From IMG/VR virus record IMGVR_UViG_3300010352_001034: a stretch of 64,000 nt of DNA; one strand, given 5' to 3'. This document shows, one piece after another, positions 9,951 through 19,410 of the stretch (position 1 is its first letter; every line of letters starts with the position of its first letter). The translations under genes were made by a program, and so were the position numbers. The notes under the pieces were generated by a model. The model did not search any database and was not told the DNA's origin. It saw only the letters and a list, made by a program, of their open reading frames with translations. The DNA is from a virus. Lineage: Duplodnaviria > Caudoviricetes.

Positions 9951-12900
9951 TCACTCAACTGTGACAATAACTGAGTTTGCTCTTAGATATTGATTTCGCA
10001 TGGCTTGTATTTTTGATACTTGTCCTATACGATCTGCTTTATTAAATGTTGTTATTCGAATTGAATCTAAACCAGTAACTTGATATGCTGCGTTTATCAA
10101 ATCAGAAGCATTTAATGCAGCTCCCATAGTTTGATTATTAATTGTAGATGCAATTTGATTGGCTACATTTTGCACAACCAATTTAGATGTTGATAAATAT
10201 CCTTTTTGAATGGTAATATATGCTACAACATCAATTAAAATGTATGGTGCTTCTTTTACCAATACATCTCCTGTTAGTTGTCGATTGGTGCCAAGTCTTA
10301 ATGTACAATCTGGTATAAGTGAATTATAATTATATCGAACATCAATTCGTTCACCAGGTTTTGGTGAAGTAAAATTATAAGAAGTTTTATATTTAGTTCC
10401 TATTGAAGGTTGATTCATAGCATTTATAGACATTGATCCAATGTATGTATTGTTACTCTTAAACCCGCTTGCAATAGAAATTGAATCAATAATACTGTAA
10501 TTATTATTTGTATATGTTAAACCATTTGTTGATACACTAATTTGTTCAGTTACATCTGTATATGTAATATAGAATGTAGCTTGTAATTTTTGTCCAGCAA
10601 GTATATTATTAGCTACGTTTTCTTTAGAAGTAGGTAACATTATTTCAGTTGAAGCTAGTGTTGATAAACTAACAGCTTCATCTAAATATGCAGAAGCATT
10701 TTGTAATTTATATCCAACAATATCATAATCATAAATTGTATTTAATACAATATTGTCTGTTGCTGTTTCAACATGTTGAAGATTTATCAATCGTGAAATG
10801 TGTAAATTAGACGGTATGCTAGTTGTTCCTAAACTATTTGTTATAGCTTCTGTTAGGTCTTGAGTTAATCCATTTACTGTTGCTGTGAATACTATATTTT
10901 CAAGTAATTTAACTGCGTTTCCTTTAATCAATAAAACGCCTGGATTAACAATTCCAGAAAAATTTATCGCTAATTTTGTTGGAGCTTTTCGCAAATTTTT
11001 TGTAATAATTACACTTTCAATATTTGTAACAGGTTGAGTTCCTATTACATTGTTTGTTCTTGTTATAAAAGTATTTTTATTTGCTGAGTTTTTAGAAATT
11101 GGTAAATTAACTAAATCGGTAGAAGGTAATAATTCATTTACATTTGCAATATAATTAACTTCAACGTTGCTGCCATTTATAACATTTAATAAATCTTTAG
11201 CAGCTGGTAATAAGGTAATTTTCTTATCTGAAAAACTACCAGATGTTCCATTTATAGTAAATATATCAACAGCATTATAATAAATTGTTGCTAATTTATT
11301 TGCTTCAGCAGCTGTATCAGTTGGAAAATAAATATTATGAGAATCAAAATATCCATTATTCTCATAAGTATTATATAATTCAACACCGTCTTCATCTCGT
11401 ATAGATACAACATTTGTAATATTATATGTTGTATATGGTGATATAGTTGCTTGTAAATTTACTTTTAATGTTTTCCCAACAGGTTCTACATAACATTTAA
11501 CAGCATTTGGTAAAACGTTTACTGAAACAACTGAACTAATTGGCAATGATACATTTAATGTTTGTATTTGATTTGCATCTTGATTGACGTTACTTTCTTC
11601 ACGATAAATAACATTAGAATAACCCCAATCAACCGAATCAATTACAGCACGAATATTATTTGAATTTATTTTTGGATCAAAATCAGTATAAGTGTCATGA
11701 TAAAAAAGCCATTCATAATCAACTTGTAAAACATCACTAACTGATGGTAATGAATTTCCAGAAATATTTATTTTACCAGTAACATTTAATGCTCCGCTTG
11801 CTCCATCAGGATTTCGATTTGTTACTACATATCTTTCACCTGTAGTTACATTCAATACTTTAATTATATTTCGTATAGGTGTATGCGCTAATTGTAAAAC
11901 AGTTTTATCTGTATTATTTATTTTGCTATTTTCATTTGTTACAGTGATTACATGCTTGATACTATTAATTCTTGTTACATCTGTATAGTTTAATTGGTCT
12001 TGACCATTGAAAACTGTTTTTGTATTATCTTCGCTATCAAGTGATGTATAATTATTTACCCAATGTAATTTATCAAACCCAAATGAGCTTCCAGCAAATG
12101 ATCCACTATCTTTTGTTAAACTATAATTACCAGTTGTTCTGCCATAACTGTCAATTGATTTTAATGCAAACGTTCCACTCTTTGAACCAACCACTTCAAC
12201 TAAATTATAAATAGGTTGAGAAGGAATTGATTTAGTTTCTAAAGCTAAACGCCGTCGTTTATTTAATGTAGCATTTGAAGATACTGATGTTTGTCCTAAT
12301 ATATAATCATTTGTAGTTGATGTAGGATCATTTTGTCCAGATTTATCATTGTAAATATAACTTTCAATATTTTCACTCAAACGATATCCTTGTACATAAA
12401 TATCTATTTTACCACCATCACCTTCAGATAATATAATAGGTTCATTATCATCATCTAAAACAGGATCTCCATATGAATCAGTTTTAATAATCGTATTATC
12501 TCGTAACATTAATGGATCACCAGGGCCAATTACAATAGCACTTTGTATCGTTGTATCTGCTGTCATTAAACTAGCATATCCAAGTTCTGTTCCTGTATTT
12601 GATCCTGAAAATACAGATATAAGTCTGTTTTTATAAGCACTATCTGTTTCAGCTGGTATTCCACCTGTAAATGAACATATATTAGTTACATTTGATACGC
12701 CACTAATATTTGTTGATGTTAATGAATATTTACTTATATTTCCAATTGTCCCAGCAGAAGTGCATTCAACTAAAATTTCAACAGCATATAAATCAGTTAT
12801 ATTTAAGAAATTTAAATCTGCCCTAATTTTTGTTGCAAGAGTTGTATATTTTGTTTCATCAGAAGCTCTTATAATTGTATTTGTCAATGTTCTAAATGAT

Positions 12901-13244
12901 ACACCATTTTTTGAATAAACAATTGTTCCAATTGGTATAGATATATCTGATAATATTGAAGAGAAAGTAAATATAGCTGGTCCAAGAGATCTCCCTTGTG
13001 CTGCTCTCCCTTCACCATAATTATTACCAAGTTTATCTAAATCAGAACCAATACTTGACGCAATAGATTGAGCAGATACAACTCGATTTAGTTCATTATA
13101 TAATTCACTTAAACGTATTGCAAAACCATCAATTAACAAATCTCTTGCAACTGTACCTGGTTTTGTATCTAATAACGGTTGAGAAGTTCTATATTGCTCT
13201 ATTGTCTTTTGTACTATTTGTGATGTTGATAAAATAACAACCAT
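9951..13244 (-). CDS. Baseplate J-like (T4 gp6/P2 gpJ) wedge protein with large central insertion
   Basis: DTKPGTVARDLL, GSDLDKLG, VECTSAGTIGN, TGGIPAETDSAYKNRL, and C-terminal LNASDLINAAYQVTGLD are typical baseplate J motifs. Follows the gp25-like gene. Confidence 0.9.
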   Translation of the reverse strand: MVVILSTSQIVQKTIEQYRTSQPLLDTKPGTVARDLLIDGFAIRLSELYNELNRVVSAQSIASSIGSDLDKLGNNYGEGRAAQGRSLGPAIFTFSSILSDISIPIGTIVYSKNGVSFRTLTNTIIRASDETKYTTLATKIRADLNFLNITDLYAVEILVECTSAGTIGNISKYSLTSTNISGVSNVTNICSFTGGIPAETDSAYKNRLISVFSGSNTGTELGYASLMTADTTIQSAIVIGPGDPLMLRDNTIIKTDSYGDPVLDDDNEPIILSEGDGGKIDIYVQGYRLSENIESYIYNDKSGQNDPTSTTNDYILGQTSVSSNATLNKRRRLALETKSIPSQPIYNLVEVVGSKSGTFALKSIDSYGRTTGNYSLTKDSGSFAGSSFGFDKLHWVNNYTSLDSEDNTKTVFNGQDQLNYTDVTRINSIKHVITVTNENSKINNTDKTVLQLAHTPIRNIIKVLNVTTGERYVVTNRNPDGASGALNVTGKINISGNSLPSVSDVLQVDYEWLFYHDTYTDFDPKINSNNIRAVIDSVDWGYSNVIYREESNVNQDANQIQTLNVSLPISSVVSVNVLPNAVKCYVEPVGKTLKVNLQATISPYTTYNITNVVSIRDEDGVELYNTYENNGYFDSHNIYFPTDTAAEANKLATIYYNAVDIFTINGTSGSFSDKKITLLPAAKDLLNVINGSNVEVNYIANVNELLPSTDLVNLPISKNSANKNTFITRTNNVIGTQPVTNIESVIITKNLRKAPTKLAINFSGIVNPGVLLIKGNAVKLLENIVFTATVNGLTQDLTEAITNSLGTTSIPSNLHISRLINLQHVETATDNIVLNTIYDYDIVGYKLQNASAYLDEAVSLSTLASTEIMLPTSKENVANNILAGQKLQATFYITYTDVTEQISVSTNGLTYTNNNYSIIDSISIASGFKSNNTYIGSMSINAMNQPSIGTKYKTSYNFTSPKPGERIDVRYNYNSLIPDCTLRLGTNRQLTGDVLVKEAPYILIDVVAYITIQKGYLSTSKLVVQNVANQIASTINNQTMGAALNASDLINAAYQVTGLDSIRITTFNKADRIGQVSKIQAMRNQYLRANSVIVTVE

Positions 13245-13255
13245 TATTCTCCTGG

Positions 13256-13684
13256 CTACCAGCCTACAACCAATGGAATGACAGATTTTTTAGAGGAACG
13301 ACTAAGAATTGAAATAAAAACTTTTATTAATCTAGGATCGATTTTATCAGTTTCTATTGATACATTAAGTATGCGAGATATTGCCTCTGAAGCTGAAACA
13401 TTTTGTTGCTGTGCTTGTGATAATTGTAAACTTTTTAAAGTCTCAAGTGCTGAAATCAATTGTTCTGAAGCTATTTTTTTTGTAAATTCTAAATCAAACG
13501 GAGTTCCAATCAATGATTTACTCAATAAAGAACCATACCAATTTTGTAATTTATTTGCACCTAAAGGAGTTATAGCTAATTTAGTACAATCTTGTTCTAA
13601 TTTATCTGTCTCTGTTACTTTATCAAGATCACCACTTGAACTAAGTACCAAATTATTATTTTCAAGTTTTAAATCAAAAGACAT
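13256..13684 (-). CDS. Baseplate wedge/sheath initiator, gp25/gpW-like
   Basis: 142 aa with DLKL..GDL, TPLGANKLQNWYGS and DPRLIKVFISI. Immediately upstream of baseplate J. Confidence 0.85.
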   Translation of the reverse strand: MSFDLKLENNNLVLSSSGDLDKVTETDKLEQDCTKLAITPLGANKLQNWYGSLLSKSLIGTPFDLEFTKKIASEQLISALETLKSLQLSQAQQQNVSASEAISRILNVSIETDKIDPRLIKVFISILSRSSKKSVIPLVVGW

Positions 13685-13695
13685 GTTCCTCTATT

Positions 13696-15189
13696 CTACA
13701 AACAATATTCAATTATTGAATCAGCTAATGATAATAAGTTATAAACATTAGAATCAAATTCGCTCATAACCTCTATTATATTTTTATGAGGTGCTTTATC
13801 ACTTTTTTTATTTCTTTCTAAAACAGTTTTATTTCTAAGTGTTGGATTGTTTTCATATAACCTATTAAATGCAGGTGCATCTAACATTGATAATAATGAT
13901 TCTTGTGATAAGCTCCAAAATGATATCATCATAGCTATCATTTCTAATGTGCCTATTCCATGAACTTCTCCAGATGTATAAAACATATTAGAAGATAAAT
14001 TGTTTATTTCTGATGAATGCTTTTTTTTCTTATCATTTTTTTCAGCTAACATTTTATTTAATTTATTAACAGGTGAATTTAATAAGTTCATAAGTGGCGC
14101 AGTCAAAACTCCATTATCAATGTTTGATGTTTGAACATTGTTAGCCGTTAAAACATTTAAGTTAGTTGGTATAAATGCTTGAATACTTTCATACCAAATT
14201 TTTGATTCTTCAAGCCATTCTATTTCAGTAGCTAATACACTGTTTTGTTCTTCTATAGCATTATAACGGGCTGCTAAATTTTTATATTCTTTTATTTTTT
14301 CAGCGTACTCTATACAAGCATTAATAAATCCATTCATCAATGTAGTTAGTGTATATGTTTCTATTACTGATTGATTTTCTAAAATATTACTGAATATATT
14401 TAATCCACTTGTTTGAATTGATTTCAATGCTTTTTTCAAAAGTTCAAGAGAATCTATTTGTACACTGCCAGTCATAGCAGTTGTTGAAAAACGTATTTTA
14501 CAAACTGTTTCTAAATAAGTAGGATCAAATGTTTCTATTTGTGGATCTAATGTTGAATAATAAAATGGTGCAGCTAAATTTTTACTTGGTACAAATACTC
14601 TATCAACAGGTGCAATATATGCATTGCATCGAAATGGACGTAATATATGAGTAACTTGTTTATATTTATCTGGTCGATCTGTTATTGTTTCGATTTGCAA
14701 ATCTTCTACATAACAATTTTGATCAGGTAATTCTTTTAATATATTTATTTTTCGTGGGTATTGTAATATTGCCACTTTATATTTTAATGCTTCTTCAGAT
14801 TTAGATAAAAATAAAGACATATTAGATGAACAAATTAATTCTCTTTGTTTTTCTAAATTATATAAATTTCCTTGGTTGTTATCGATATTTGCTCTTGATT
14901 TTTTATAATCATTTAAATCAGGAGCAAAATATCCTGGATTATAAAAATCCTTTAATAAAGGACTAACAACTGGCAATCCAAGTATCCTATAAAAAGCATG
15001 ACAAAATGATTCATGAATAACTGGGTTATATGGGTTTTTATGTGTTGTTTCATCATCAGATTCTGTGACTTTTATTCGGTATTTATCAATTCGATCAAAT
15101 ATATCACCCATAAAATTAGATATAGTTTCATCATCTAAAAGTAATACACGATAATTGTCAAAAATTGCTTCAACATTAATATTGCCCAT
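13696..15189 (-). CDS. Hypothetical virion-associated protein (baseplate cluster)
   Basis: 497-aa ORF with GGAG RBS. Coiled-coil-like C-terminal half and one hydrophobic stretch. Function inferred from position only. Confidence 0.6.
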   Translation of the reverse strand: MGNINVEAIFDNYRVLLLDDETISNFMGDIFDRIDKYRIKVTESDDETTHKNPYNPVIHESFCHAFYRILGLPVVSPLLKDFYNPGYFAPDLNDYKKSRANIDNNQGNLYNLEKQRELICSSNMSLFLSKSEEALKYKVAILQYPRKINILKELPDQNCYVEDLQIETITDRPDKYKQVTHILRPFRCNAYIAPVDRVFVPSKNLAAPFYYSTLDPQIETFDPTYLETVCKIRFSTTAMTGSVQIDSLELLKKALKSIQTSGLNIFSNILENQSVIETYTLTTLMNGFINACIEYAEKIKEYKNLAARYNAIEEQNSVLATEIEWLEESKIWYESIQAFIPTNLNVLTANNVQTSNIDNGVLTAPLMNLLNSPVNKLNKMLAEKNDKKKKHSSEINNLSSNMFYTSGEVHGIGTLEMIAMMISFWSLSQESLLSMLDAPAFNRLYENNPTLRNKTVLERNKKSDKAPHKNIIEVMSEFDSNVYNLLSLADSIIEYCL

Positions 15190-15198
15190 ATAACTCCG

Positions 15199-17184
15199 TT
15201 ACTTATTAGCTGTGTCAGTTTCGTCTTTACGAGTTTCTCCATCAGCAATCATTCCATCAATAAATGTATAACAATATTCCAATTCAGTAATTTTGCTTGG
15301 AAGGTCCATACTATCTGGTACAATCAATTCACCAAATTGCTGATTATCATAATATAATTTCAATACACCTTCTCCACCTTTTATACTAGTAATATCTGCT
15401 ATAAAATTTCCCGAACTTGCTTCATAATCAAAAGTAGAAATTGCACCTAAAGATAAATTGGTTGTTAGTTTATTTAACAAATCAGTTTTGGCTTTTTCTG
15501 GTATTTCAAAATCGCCCATAACATCTTTAAATGATTGTTTAGATGCGTTTCTTAATGTAACATGAACTCTTATACCCTTACTTGTAAATTGAAAAGCAGG
15601 TTCAAGAGTTGCATAACTGTGCAATGGACTAACCATAAATTGCAATGTTTGACTATATGTATTTTCTGCTTGATCTTTTAAATCATTCATAATATCATTT
15701 ACATCTTTAGCAAATTTATCAATTGCATCATCATCAATTTTAGATCGTAATTTTGCTAATGAATCATTGAATTTATTCATTGCTCCATCAATATCAGGAA
15801 ATTCAAGTCCATCCATTGCATTAGTATTAATTGAATTATAAAATGCTAATTTATCATTTATTAATTCTGGATTACAATCCAATGTCGTCAAGTTCATTGT
15901 TGGTAATATATCAAAATTTGGTTTAAAAGATGTCATAATACATGTTTGTATTTTAGGTTGTAAAGAACTTCCTGGCATTGCTATAGGTTTTATTCCTTTA
16001 TTAAAAAAGGTTGTTATATCTCCAGTTAATTCTTTATTTGGATCATTAATTGTTCCACCAAATAATGTCAAACATCCATCTGAATGAATATCTTTTGATA
16101 CCCATTGTACTATAATATTAGTAATTGTAATTGTGCGTTGTGTATTTCCTGTTCCATAACTAAAACTTATATCTAATGTATATGGAGCGCGTTCAGGCGT
16201 ATATGTTTTATCAATGTTATATGGTGGAAAGAATGGTCCAACCTTATGTCCATTATATGTTGAACTCAATAGATTGGCAAAAGTATATTGACCTTGTTCT
16301 ATATTTTTTAATTCATCACTATACAATCGAACTGTTTCAACACTTTCTAATCCAACAATCATTGGTCCAGTTACATCATAACGCAAATTACAATTGGTAT
16401 TCGATAGTTTATTTGAATGTAGTAATAATTCACTGCAACTTGTGCAATCATCACAATCTGATTTATTATCACAAGGAGGTGCTATTGACTTAGATAATAT
16501 TCCTTTTATTAATTCAATAACTCCCATAATAATCATAAACAGTACCATGACATTTTCAAGAATACATAAAATAGATGCAATTTTTCTTGTAATAGCAATC
16601 ATAGCTGCTGATTTTTGAGGTGATTGTTCACGTTTTGTGGCTTTCTTTAAGTTTTCATAGTTACGTTTTAATTCTTCATATATTTTCTTTATAATACCAA
16701 TTACATATTCAATCAAAGCCAATAGTAAAGCTAATATAGAAAGTATCAAGGCTATTAAAGCTAAAAATGGAAATATAGATATGAATAGTGGTAAACATTT
16801 TCTAAAAAGCCGTCGTAATTTTTTAGGAGCTTTCCATACCATTCCACATAACACTTCAATAATACAAACGATAATTTGTATAATGGCTAATAGGATATTA
16901 TAAATTGCTAAAAATGCAGAAACTTGAGTAAGAATATTGGATATAATTTGGCTGAGTTTTCTCATAAAGTTATCAGCCATGGAAGATAAATCCATACCAA
17001 GAGGCCATTTTAATTTAAGTTTGTTTAATAAGTCGAATATATTTTCTGGGAAGCCTTCTGGAAATTCTATATCCAGTCCTGGCATTGATATATTTGCGCC
17101 AAAACCTGGCATTGATGGACCTGGGATACCGACACCACCAACATCAAAATTATTTAAATTGATTTTACATTTTCCACTTCTCAT
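15199..17184 (-). CDS. Multi-transmembrane, Cys-containing baseplate-cluster protein with C-terminal Ig-like domain
   Basis: 661 aa. Gly/Pro-rich N-terminus, three long hydrophobic segments (e.g. FLAIYNILLAIIQIIVCIIEVLC, LFISIFPFLALIALILSILALLLALIEYVIGII), Cys cluster PCDNKSDCDDCTSC, and a beta-rich C-terminus resembling invasin-type Ig. ATGA overlap with the spike gene. Confidence 0.6.
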   Translation of the reverse strand: MRSGKCKINLNNFDVGGVGIPGPSMPGFGANISMPGLDIEFPEGFPENIFDLLNKLKLKWPLGMDLSSMADNFMRKLSQIISNILTQVSAFLAIYNILLAIIQIIVCIIEVLCGMVWKAPKKLRRLFRKCLPLFISIFPFLALIALILSILALLLALIEYVIGIIKKIYEELKRNYENLKKATKREQSPQKSAAMIAITRKIASILCILENVMVLFMIIMGVIELIKGILSKSIAPPCDNKSDCDDCTSCSELLLHSNKLSNTNCNLRYDVTGPMIVGLESVETVRLYSDELKNIEQGQYTFANLLSSTYNGHKVGPFFPPYNIDKTYTPERAPYTLDISFSYGTGNTQRTITITNIIVQWVSKDIHSDGCLTLFGGTINDPNKELTGDITTFFNKGIKPIAMPGSSLQPKIQTCIMTSFKPNFDILPTMNLTTLDCNPELINDKLAFYNSINTNAMDGLEFPDIDGAMNKFNDSLAKLRSKIDDDAIDKFAKDVNDIMNDLKDQAENTYSQTLQFMVSPLHSYATLEPAFQFTSKGIRVHVTLRNASKQSFKDVMGDFEIPEKAKTDLLNKLTTNLSLGAISTFDYEASSGNFIADITSIKGGEGVLKLYYDNQQFGELIVPDSMDLPSKITELEYCYTFIDGMIADGETRKDETDTANK

Positions 17185-19388
17185 GCAGCTCCTGTTCCAT
17201 CATCAATAGCATGATATACATCAGTCTCAGCTAACATACGAGGAATAACTCCCCACATTTTGGGTCGTTTCCAAGTATCTAAATCATATTGTGCAGTATA
17301 TTTTTCTTCAATTTCGCAATTGGATATTATTTTAGCAGCATGTAATACGATATTGTCTTTTGTTTCTAATCGAATATCTGCCGAACTCTTTAATAAAATA
17401 CCATGCTTATCTATATTAATTCTATGATAATTATTATTGGCGTCAATCAATCTAATTTCAAATGTAAAATTTTTATTTGCATCATTAATACAATCATATC
17501 TCTTATCATTATCAACTGTGACCCCACCTATTTGCATAAAATAATGACCATCCAATTGAGTGCAAATACTCATGTCATTTTTATCACGACCAATTCTACT
17601 GATTATACCACCTTCTGTATCAAGCCATATTGATTGACGGTCAATTGTATTTGCTCCTATACTAAAACTAAACATACCATCTGATGTAATTGTTCCAGAA
17701 CGTCCACCAGCATTTGCTTTATCACCATCTATATTAATTTCTGTTGAAACTACACTGGTCCATATTTTACCATCTGGACCACCATCTGGACCAGCAAATA
17801 TAGCCGCTCCTAAATCTTTATCTTCAGGATCAATAAATACAGGCTCACAACATGTTTTTGATATGTCATGAAATACTGTTCCTAATTTTATTGGTTGTTT
17901 AGTAATACGATCTTTTGGAATAAGTTTTTCACTACCAACAAGTGTAACACATCCTTGTCCAAAAGAATCTAACAATATATCTTGTTGACCTTCTTTTGGC
18001 ATTACAAAAGTATTATAATTATCTCCGTCACCATCTCGAACAGGATTTATAGTAGATAGATTTTCATAATTTGCTATAAGCCCAATGTTACCCTTTTCAC
18101 TAGATGAAGGTATATGTAATTTAAATTGTCCTTCTTTATCTACATCAAAGAACAAACGATGTCTTTCTCGTGTATATGTATTTTTTATATAAGCATATTG
18201 ATCTTCTTTTCCAGTTTCAATAGGAGCTTCTTTAAGATCTTTTCTAGCATTTAATTCCCAATGGAATGCTATACCTCTTCTATGTTGTTCACGTAATAAT
18301 TTATAAGATTCAACTGTTCCATCTAATTTGATTGTTTCATTTGTTCCAATAGGTAATTTATTTCTATTCAAATCTAATACATTACCATATACATCAACTA
18401 GAGTTCCTTTTGTTGATTCTATCAAATGATTAGGAGATATTAAACTCAAACTCAGTGTATCAAATTTTCTAGCTCGTCGGTTGGTAGAAATTCTATTCAT
18501 ATATTTAGTATTTGCTGTTGATGCCGATTCTGGAACATGTTTTTTTTCTTCATCATTATCAGATTCAATACAGGCACTTTCAGCAAATTCATATACTATT
18601 TCTCGTTTTTCTATAAAAGGAGGGTTCTTTATTCTATTTGAATCTTCAGTTTTATCTATTCGATTACGAGAAGGATCAAAACATACAGGTTGAAGGTTGG
18701 CATACCATCTTTCTTGATTTCTTACATCAGGTAATTGATTTGATGGTTGAGTTGTTGTTCGTAATATAATACCATCAATTGAATAACCAGCTTCTGTAAT
18801 ATGATAAGCTTGTCCTGTACTTAAATTATATACAGAATCATATTTACTTGAATTCGTTGTACTTGGAAAATAATCAAAAAATAATGATGAAAAGGGTTTT
18901 GCTCCAATTAATATTCCACGTCCAGGAACAGCTTCTATTGTCATTAATTCAGATGGAGCTGTTCCTTTTGTTAATCTTGTTCGTATTGCAAATGTACCAT
19001 CTATGAAATTTTCATTTGTAGATGTTAAAGTGTCATCTAATACAGATGTTAAATCTAATGAATTTGATGATATATTTGTTAATTTTGTTAATATAATAAA
19101 ACGATCAGATTTTGTATTTGTTACTAATACTGTATCACCTTTACTTAAACCATGCCATATACCAGTTCCATCAGAAGCTCCCATCCATCCTGTATAAATA
19201 GCTTCTACTTGTTTATCAGGAGCGTACATATCAGTTCCAAAAAACTTAATAAATACACGGTTTTTAGAATAATCTGTTCGTGCAACTCTTGCTAAACGAA
19301 ATGATTCTGTTCCACCTGGTAATGAAAGTGGTTGTTTTGATTCACTTGCTTGTCTTGCACTATTAATTTGAATTTCATATTCTGGCAT
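17181..19388 (-). CDS. Probable baseplate central spike (gp5/gpV-like)
   Basis: 735 aa. OB-fold-like N-terminus (ARVARTDY..RVFIKF..GIWHGLSKGDTVLV) and beta-helix-like C-terminus (RINIDKHGILLKSSADIRLETKDNIVLHA). Follows the hub. Confidence 0.65.
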   Translation of the reverse strand: MPEYEIQINSARQASESKQPLSLPGGTESFRLARVARTDYSKNRVFIKFFGTDMYAPDKQVEAIYTGWMGASDGTGIWHGLSKGDTVLVTNTKSDRFIILTKLTNISSNSLDLTSVLDDTLTSTNENFIDGTFAIRTRLTKGTAPSELMTIEAVPGRGILIGAKPFSSLFFDYFPSTTNSSKYDSVYNLSTGQAYHITEAGYSIDGIILRTTTQPSNQLPDVRNQERWYANLQPVCFDPSRNRIDKTEDSNRIKNPPFIEKREIVYEFAESACIESDNDEEKKHVPESASTANTKYMNRISTNRRARKFDTLSLSLISPNHLIESTKGTLVDVYGNVLDLNRNKLPIGTNETIKLDGTVESYKLLREQHRRGIAFHWELNARKDLKEAPIETGKEDQYAYIKNTYTRERHRLFFDVDKEGQFKLHIPSSSEKGNIGLIANYENLSTINPVRDGDGDNYNTFVMPKEGQQDILLDSFGQGCVTLVGSEKLIPKDRITKQPIKLGTVFHDISKTCCEPVFIDPEDKDLGAAIFAGPDGGPDGKIWTSVVSTEINIDGDKANAGGRSGTITSDGMFSFSIGANTIDRQSIWLDTEGGIISRIGRDKNDMSICTQLDGHYFMQIGGVTVDNDKRYDCINDANKNFTFEIRLIDANNNYHRINIDKHGILLKSSADIRLETKDNIVLHAAKIISNCEIEEKYTAQYDLDTWKRPKMWGVIPRMLAETDVYHAIDDGTGAA

Positions 19389-19410
19389 ATTAATTTAATA
19401 TATAACGTTG

